Assembly: GCA_964387935.1 (NCBI GenBank)
Contig: CAYLZN010000001.1
Span: 18,976 to 82,975, forward strand
Reading direction: 5' to 3'
DNA: 64,000 nucleotides
Source of the DNA: an uncultured Vicinamibacteraceae bacterium
Lineage (GTDB): Bacteria; Acidobacteriota; Vicinamibacteria; Vicinamibacterales; JAFNAJ01
In this document: positions 58,801-64,000 of the stretch, piece by piece
How positions within the stretch are numbered: the first letter of the stretch is position 1
How the letters are laid out: the number at the start of each line of letters is the position of its first letter
Made by a program: the position numbers and the translations under genes
The notes under the pieces: generated by a model
Database searches by the model: none
The model's input: the letters and a program-made list of their open reading frames with translations, nothing else
Told to the model about the DNA's origin: nothing

Positions 58801-61800
58801 GCCAGTCAAGCAGAGCGTGCCCACGCGCCTCGTGCTCGCGGACAACCGGCTGCGCATCGACACGCTGCAGTGGGAGGGGCCCGGGACGACGATCACCGGC
58901 TTCGGGGGGCTGGCGTGGCCGCAGGGGGAGGCCAGGCTCGACGTGGCGATCGATGCGGGGGTCGATCTGCGCATGGCTTCCGTGTTCGTCCGGCCCGCAG
59001 CCACGGGCGGCCGTGCCGACGTCTCCGTGTCGTTTGCCGGCCCGGTGCGCGAGCCCCTCATCGAGGGTCGGGTGCTGGTCACCGACGGGGAATTCCGAAA
59101 CCGGGACCCGCGGCTGGCGGTCACCGACGTCTCGGGCACGCTGCTCCTGATTGGCGATCGGCTGACGCTCGAGGCCGTGACGGGACAGGTGAACGGCGGG
59201 GCGCTCAGTGTCCAGGGCACCGCTCGCCTGGATGGCTGGTCGCTGGCCACGCTCGATCTGGCCGTCGCGGCGAAGGACGCCGCCGTCGAGTTCCCTCCAG
59301 GACTTCGAACCGAGGTCGTCGCGGACCTGCGCCTGACCAAATCGATGGCGAAGGAAGCGCCAGTCCTCAAGGGCACGGTGACGGCGCTGCGCGGCAGCTA
59401 CCGCGAGCAGATGAACCTCACGGCGCAGCTGCTCGGTAGAAATAGGGGCCTCGGCTCGGCTGGAGACGCAGAGACGTCGGGAATCCTGGGCCGCATACGG
59501 CTCGACCTGGGCCTCGCCACGCTCGAGGACATCAGCGCCGAGAACAACTACGGGCGCGTCGAAGCCGGCGCCGCGTTGCGCGTCGGCGGCACGGTGGACA
59601 GTCCGACGCTCGCGGGCCGCATCTCGCTTCGACAGGGGGGCCTGGTGTTCCTTGGCGGAAACGTCTATCGGCTCGAGCGAGGCGCCATCGATTTCCGCGA
59701 GGGCCCACGCATCGAGCCCATCCTCGACGTGACCGCGCGGACGCAGGTCGGCCAATACAGCATCCAGCTGCAGGTCGATGGCCCGCCCACCGCCGTGCGT
59801 GCGGAACTCACGTCGGATCCCCCAGCCGACCAGAGCGATATCGTCTCGTTGCTGATGACGGGGCGGACGGTTGCCGATGGCGGACTCTCCACGCACGTGC
59901 TGAGCAGCCAGGTGCTCGGGTACCTGTCGGGCGATCTCCTGAACGCCGCGGGACGCGTCGTCGGGCTCGATTCCGTGCGCCTCGATCGGGGTGTGTCACT
60001 CGACGAGCTGCGGTTCGATCCCACGATCATCGCCAGCGAGACCGAGCCGGAGTCGCGGCTGACGATCTCCAAGAACCTGACCCGCGACGTGGACGTGGTG
60101 CTGTCGCAGAACCTGGAGACCGGCAGACTGACGTGGATTGCCACCTGGCGACCCCGTCGCACGGTGGCGCTCCGCGTGCTTTCGCTGGACAACAAGGACC
60201 GCATCTACGAGTTTCGCCAGGAACTCGCACTGGGAGACGCTCCGGCAGCAACCGGCCCCACCGAGAGGACCACCCAACCCCGCGTCGCCGGCGTGGCGAT
60301 CACGGGAGCGGACGCCGACCAGGCCGCGCTGCTGTCACGCCTGCAACTGAAAACGGGCAAGCGCTTCGACTTCTACCGGTGGCAAGACGACCGCGAACGC
60401 CTGCTGGCCTACTTCCAGGAGACGAATCGCTACGAGGCGAACGTCGCCTCCAGGCGCCGTGAAGTGTCGGGGGAAGGCGCGCTCCCTGGCGTCGAACTGC
60501 GCTACGAGGTACGCCCCGGCCTCCGGGGGCACATCGCCGTTGAAGGCCTCACGCCCAGCGAGGCGCTGTTGCGCGAGATCCGGGCCGAGTGGACGCGGGC
60601 GGTGTTCGACGACTTCCTGGTCGAGGACGTGACCCGCATCGTCCGGCGAGCCCTGACCCGTGATGGCTTCCTGCGGGCCGACGTCACGACGTCGATAGAA
60701 CAGCCTCCGCCGGGCACGCCCGGCGAGGGCACCAAGGTCCTTCGCGTCCGGGCCGTGCCGGGGCAGGCGACGGCCACGAGGCGAATCGAGTGGATGGGAC
60801 ACCAGGCCGTGGATGCCGCGCGGCTGGATGCCGCCGTCGAGCGGGCCGGGATCGCAGATGACATCTGGCAGGAGCCGGCACTGCTGGAGCCAGTCGTGCG
60901 GGACCTCTTCGTCGCCGAGGGCTACCCGGCGCCCGTCATCTCCGCGGGCCTGCCGCAGTTCGACGATGGTGCCGCCAGGTTGCCGGTGCGCATCGTCGAG
61001 GGCCCACAGGCCCGCCTGGGCGCCCTGACCTTCCGGGGCACGAGGTCGCTCGAACCCGACCTGCTGATGGCCCAGGCCGGCCTCGAAGGCGGGCGGCCCC
61101 TGACGCCCGCGGCCCTCGATCGGGCCCAGCGGAGCATCGAGACCGCGTACCTCCAGCGGGGTTTCGTGGCATCGCGCGTCGGCGTGGAGGCCACGGCGAC
61201 TCCAGACGGCACCGTCGACGTCGTCATCGCGGTGGACGAGGGTCCGCAGAACGTGCTGCAGAGCGTGGAGATCGTCGGGGCGCGCCACACGCACCCCGGA
61301 CTGGTGCGGCGGGCTCTCGGGCTCGAAGCCGATGCGCCGCTCGATCCCGACGCGCTGTTCGAGGCGCGTCGGCGATTGTACGAGACGGGCGCGTTCCGAC
61401 AGGTGGACGTCGAGACGATCCCCGTGTCCGACGCCCGGGTCGTGCCCGAGACTGGCGCCCGGGAGCAGCCGGTGACTGCGCGGGTGACCGTGGACGAGTG
61501 GCCGTTGTGGCGGGTGCGGTACGGCCTGCAGGTGAACGACCTGTTCGATCCCGTGGACGGCGGCCGTGACGTCGGGCCGGGGTTCTCCGCCAACCTCGAG
61601 CGCGCCAACCTGCTCGGCCGCGCGGCCACGGTCGGCGCGTCGTTTCGGTATGAGCTCGAGCGGCAGGCCCTGCGCGGGTACCTGTCCGCGCCTCGCTTCT
61701 TCGACCTCCCGATCAGTTCGACCCTGTTCGCGCAGCAGGAGTGGGCCGAGCCCCGCGGGACGACAGATGTCCAGGCCGACATCACCACCCTGTCCTTCGA

Positions 61801-62503
61801 ACAGCGATACCGCCTGCAGCGGCGCACACAAATCAACTATGGCGCGTTCTACCGGCGGACCATGACGTCGTTCGTCGACGAGTTCCTGGGCCCCGTGGAA
61901 GTGCTCGTCCGTTACGCCGGTCTGCTGTCGGCGGTCTCGTTCGACCGGCGGGACAATCCGTTCGACACGCGCCGCGGGTGGTTCCACGCCTCGTCGCTCA
62001 AGTACTCGCCGGGCCAGTTCGGATCGGACCTGAAGTTCGTACGCTGGCTCACCCAGCAGTCGTTCTACAAGGAAGTGGGCCCCGGCCTCGTTCTGGCCTG
62101 GAACGGGCTGCTCGGCCTGGCGGACGGCTTCGGCCAGGACATCGTCCCTGACGAGCGGTTCTACGCAGGTGGTGGCTCCAGCGTGCGGGGCTACAAGGAC
62201 GACAGCCTCGGCCCGCGCGACATCTTCGAGGTCAACATCGGCGGCGAAGCCCTCGTCGTGCTCAACCACGAGCTCCGCTTCCCGATCTGGAATCGCTTCA
62301 GCGGCGTGGCGTTCCTCGACGCGGGAAACGCGTTTGCCGAGCCTTCACGGATCGTGCTGGGCGAGCTCGAGGTGGGCACGGGCCTGGGTCTGCGGGTCGG
62401 CACGCCGATCGGCCTGCTGCGCTTCGACTTCGGGGTGCCGGTTTCGCGAGGTGGGGGCCTGGGCGCAGGGCGTCTGCACTTCTCGTTCGGACAAGTGTTC
62501 TGA
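55853..62503 (+). CDS. Giant envelope protein: TamB-like (signal-anchor + beta-rich body + DUF490) fused in frame to POTRA repeats and an Omp85 (TamA/BamA-like) beta-barrel
   Basis: Uninterrupted 2216-aa ORF. N-terminal anchor LLTLSVALLAALLVLTFVL. DUF490-like region at about nt 59690-60235. POTRA-like region at about 60280-61480. Barrel at about 61490-62500 with FYAGGGSSVRGY and terminal LHFSFGQVF. Confidence 0.85.
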   Translation: MRRLLTLSVALLAALLVLTFVLHTTPARGFARARAEAWLREHARLSAHIGSLDYSLRRLHVEVRDVTLAPVDRPEAVFLRAGRISVDIEGFPFLAPWRLRAAGADHLHLSLRRDAQGRLNLPESRGGGDPPSVAWVVPDALDVRHLTFTYEDERASPAGGGPIVEVPDASWHARRREHGLEGIFAVEGFAALRFADRSLSATGLRSLLRWDGRSVLARDVTALLWPAAPSVAQGPVPTAPARLVPSTGTSPLTALTGTVTIAGVFESPTITAEGRGDLTLDAFERWLSLPFDLDSQGTIHWAGTVTGDVASPTVDATVSGSALSARGEDGLALTSGLRFEDGTLTVRGTRITRGASTIETTATIPTGAAPGPARVEGRWQAVPLATVLHHVGRPLPGARAWLDGNIDVTWQGSDLRSVTGAATNRVRSTGTVAEASLNGQASWRASGGRWTLRHEHTLGTLLVDGSASGPLPATAAHDIPLNGPFNVSSPDLAATLVDLAHLGILAPAAAARAQAGSMTFQGHLAGTLGRPAVAGPVSGQGLRTTLTPRPVALEANIRLDTTALDVTGGSLTQGPNEVTLQGRLAFRAGTLTGTGTLDMSDFDPLWTASDLPRRWLPRGRLTARASVSGTLRSPNAEAEFSGSMGLGALAPSPVGGRVRLVRERLFLDDVGIDTPGGRVDADGQVDLADSSGRFLARATIDLDAAERLGPLVSPDPWPLSGAWAGRATAEGRLDDLDGAAIEALFERVDGAVSGLPVALDEPAHLARQGDHVAVTRLVLRSNGTVLTLDGALGPDEPGITIGADVRLEDIAPWTSAVEATARPALAGALRLEAQVGGRLRAPRIEATLTGRELSLGADDWPPLTGASLDAHVQDGLISVRQMTGTWQGASLAATATVPIRLLERWLPRSWHGALQTVSGPARFGGALTGLTPAALQSFVSPETLATIGGRASIRVSAEADELSLDELRGEVTFDSAEFVVAQVPVKQSVPTRLVLADNRLRIDTLQWEGPGTTITGFGGLAWPQGEARLDVAIDAGVDLRMASVFVRPAATGGRADVSVSFAGPVREPLIEGRVLVTDGEFRNRDPRLAVTDVSGTLLLIGDRLTLEAVTGQVNGGALSVQGTARLDGWSLATLDLAVAAKDAAVEFPPGLRTEVVADLRLTKSMAKEAPVLKGTVTALRGSYREQMNLTAQLLGRNRGLGSAGDAETSGILGRIRLDLGLATLEDISAENNYGRVEAGAALRVGGTVDSPTLAGRISLRQGGLVFLGGNVYRLERGAIDFREGPRIEPILDVTARTQVGQYSIQLQVDGPPTAVRAELTSDPPADQSDIVSLLMTGRTVADGGLSTHVLSSQVLGYLSGDLLNAAGRVVGLDSVRLDRGVSLDELRFDPTIIASETEPESRLTISKNLTRDVDVVLSQNLETGRLTWIATWRPRRTVALRVLSLDNKDRIYEFRQELALGDAPAATGPTERTTQPRVAGVAITGADADQAALLSRLQLKTGKRFDFYRWQDDRERLLAYFQETNRYEANVASRRREVSGEGALPGVELRYEVRPGLRGHIAVEGLTPSEALLREIRAEWTRAVFDDFLVEDVTRIVRRALTRDGFLRADVTTSIEQPPPGTPGEGTKVLRVRAVPGQATATRRIEWMGHQAVDAARLDAAVERAGIADDIWQEPALLEPVVRDLFVAEGYPAPVISAGLPQFDDGAARLPVRIVEGPQARLGALTFRGTRSLEPDLLMAQAGLEGGRPLTPAALDRAQRSIETAYLQRGFVASRVGVEATATPDGTVDVVIAVDEGPQNVLQSVEIVGARHTHPGLVRRALGLEADAPLDPDALFEARRRLYETGAFRQVDVETIPVSDARVVPETGAREQPVTARVTVDEWPLWRVRYGLQVNDLFDPVDGGRDVGPGFSANLERANLLGRAATVGASFRYELERQALRGYLSAPRFFDLPISSTLFAQQEWAEPRGTTDVQADITTLSFEQRYRLQRRTQINYGAFYRRTMTSFVDEFLGPVEVLVRYAGLLSAVSFDRRDNPFDTRRGWFHASSLKYSPGQFGSDLKFVRWLTQQSFYKEVGPGLVLAWNGLLGLADGFGQDIVPDERFYAGGGSSVRGYKDDSLGPRDIFEVNIGGEALVVLNHELRFPIWNRFSGVAFLDAGNAFAEPSRIVLGELEVGTGLGLRVGTPIGLLRFDFGVPVSRGGGLGAGRLHFSFGQVF

Positions 62504-62514
62504 GAGCCAATTCA

Positions 62515-62549
62515 GGCTCAAGGCTCAGGGCTCAGGGCTCGAGGCTCAG
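62515..62549 (+). repeat. Heptanucleotide tandem array (GGCTCAG-type), 5 units
   Basis: GGCTCAA GGCTCAG GGCTCAG GGCTCGA GGCTCAG. Fills the 48-bp gap between two convergent stops. Confidence 0.85.
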
Positions 62550-62551
62550 GG

Positions 62552-63160
62552 TTAGCGGATCGTCTTCAGGATCGTCTGGATCTGCGGGCGCTCGGGCGCG
62601 TTGGGCGCGAGCGTCGTGAAGGCCCGCAGGTGATTCACCATCCGGTCCGTACGACGGATCTTGCTGTACGCGAGTCCGGCGTAGTAGTGCGCGTAGGCAT
62701 CGTTGCCGTCGAGTTGCGTGGCCGTCTCGAGCGCCTGAGCCGCTTCTGCGAACTGCTCCTTGAGGCTGAGCACCAGGCCCAGTTGATACTGGGCGTGGAA
62801 GCTGTCCGGACCGATCTCGGCCGCCTTCCGGGCGAGCGCCAGCGCGCCATCGCGATCCCCCTCGAGCACGGCGACGGCGGACCGCCCGACGAACGTCAGC
62901 GGGTCGGCCTCGTCGCCCCGGTCGAGTCTCCGGAACGCCGTCTTCGCCTCGTCGGCCCGATCGAGCCGTGACAGGCTGTGGCCCGCGAGATACAGCTCCG
63001 CAGGCGGGGCCTCGTCACCTTTTGCCGTCACAACGTCCACGACCTGCTGGTACTTCCCGGCTTCGAACAGGGCGCGGGGTGACTGTTCGATCCCGGTGAC
63101 CGGAACGGGCACCACCAGACCGATCGCGAGCATGACACCGACCAGTGCACGAGTCAGCAT
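62552..63160 (-). CDS. TPR-repeat protein, secreted or anchored
   Basis: ATG 63160 after GGAGG. MLTRALVGVMLAIGLVVPV. TPR-like repeats (AYAHYYAGLAYSKIRR..). Confidence 0.7.
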   Translation of the reverse strand: MLTRALVGVMLAIGLVVPVPVTGIEQSPRALFEAGKYQQVVDVVTAKGDEAPPAELYLAGHSLSRLDRADEAKTAFRRLDRGDEADPLTFVGRSAVAVLEGDRDGALALARKAAEIGPDSFHAQYQLGLVLSLKEQFAEAAQALETATQLDGNDAYAHYYAGLAYSKIRRTDRMVNHLRAFTTLAPNAPERPQIQTILKTIR

Positions 63161-63309
63161 GAAACCTCCAGGAGCAGACCGGGCTCGAGGCCCGGAGTCG
63201 ATGAAGATGTGGCAGGACACACGGCAGTCCCCCCATAATAGCGGCGATTCGGGCGAGGGGTGCAATCCGCCAGGACCGCCGCGCCGGGAAGGGACACGGG
63301 ACCGCTGCC

Positions 63310-64000
63310 ATGAAGATCGACTACCACCGCTGGTTCTCTCACCGCCTCGGCCGCGAGATGGGCGTCGCGGTGTTCGGCCACTGGGGTCCGCCCCTGCTGA
63401 CGTTCCCGACGAGCGGGGGCAACGAGTGGGAGTACCAGGACCAGAGCCTCGTCGGGATGCTGAGTCCCTTCGTGGACGCCGGCCGCCTCAAGATCTTCAG
63501 CATCAACGCCAACAGCAGCGAGTCGTTCTACAACAAAGGCGCGCACCCGTACCACCGGAGCTGGATGCAGCGCATGTATGACGAGTATTTGACCGCGGAG
63601 GTCGTCCCGTTCATCCACACCCACTGCCAGTCGTGGTTGCCGATAGCGACGATGGGCGCCTCGCTCGGGGCGTACCACGCGGCCAATTCGCTCTTCAAGC
63701 ACCCCGACGTCTTCAAGCGCTGCTTTGCGCTCTCGGGCGTGTACGACATGAAGAGCTTCATGAACGGGATGTACGACGACAACTTCTACTTCAACAACCC
63801 CGTGGACTACATGGCCAACCTGGCCGACCCGTGGTTCTACGAGCAGTTGTCGTCCTGCGACATCCACCTGGTCACCGGCAACGGCCCCTGGGAGGACAGT
63901 TCCTCGACCTATCGCCTGAGCGGGATCCTGTCGAGCAAGGGCATCCGCCATTTCCTCGACGACTGGGGCCACCAGGGTGGCCACGACTGGCCCTACTGGA
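63310..64000 (+). CDS. Esterase-family protein (putative esterase/COG4947-like), 3' end off window
   Basis: Not in the track (no stop in the window). Hand translation from ATG 63310: MKIDYHRWFSHRLGREMGVAVFGHWGPPLLTFPTSGG...ATMGASLGAYHAANS (GxSxG)... Confidence 0.7.
   Translation, partial: MKIDYHRWFSHRLGREMGVAVFGHWGPPLLTFPTSGGNEWEYQDQSLVGMLSPFVDAGRLKIFSINANSSESFYNKGAHPYHRSWMQRMYDEYLTAEVVPFIHTHCQSWLPIATMGASLGAYHAANSLFKHPDVFKRCFALSGVYDMKSFMNGMYDDNFYFNNPVDYMANLADPWFYEQLSSCDIHLVTGNGPWEDSSSTYRLSGILSSKGIRHFLDDWGHQGGHDWPYW

Noticed and set aside
53393-62269. Very long minus-strand ORFs (53393..56386, 56783..59896, 60335..62269)
   Set aside because: They are antisense shadows of the permease and TamB-Omp85 genes. 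The sequences are Arg/Gly/Pro-rich with no recognisable domains, while the plus-strand products carry strong family signatures.
25934-62549. Considered whether the short tandem arrays (25934, 38630, 50595, 52473, 62515) could be CRISPR arrays or coding repeats
   Set aside because: The units are 7 nt with no spacers, far too short for CRISPR, and a period of 7 is incompatible with a reading frame. They are reported as heptanucleotide tandem repeats instead.

Overview
High-GC (about 61-68% in hand-counted samples), gene-dense bacterial chromosomal window with about 46 protein-coding genes on both strands. I found no rRNA, tRNA or CRISPR array. Most long ORFs in the six-frame track are antisense or out-of-frame artefacts of the GC bias. 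I picked real genes by recognisable protein motifs, start-codon context and translational coupling. The content suggests an Acidobacteriota-like soil bacterium (inference only): a TIGR03436-type VWFA protein, many secreted peptidases (S9/DPP4, M14, M1), a BNR/sortilin-type protein, and amidohydrolases. Recognisable blocks, in order: a Ser/Thr kinase running off the left edge; transporters; a RAYT-type Y1 transposase flanked by inverted REP-like repeats; a peptidase and amino-acid metabolism region; and a lower-GC islet (about 28.0-30.7 kb). The islet holds a Cys-rich secreted peptide gene, an anchored partner gene, an IS200 remnant and a Phd/VapC toxin-antitoxin pair. Next come a complete hisIGDCBHFA operon preceded by a His-codon leader peptide and intrinsic terminator, an archaeal-type ATPase plus small membrane protein pair, a BlaI/BlaR1-like pair with a clear operator, and a peptide-salvage-like locus. 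The last large gene is a 2216-aa ORF that fuses a TamB-like protein to a full POTRA/Omp85 barrel. That fusion is my top candidate for something undescribed. Second is the Cys-rich peptide cassette. Third is the set of GGC-anchored heptanucleotide tandem arrays at five gene junctions. All calls rest on reading the sequence and on family knowledge; no database search was possible.
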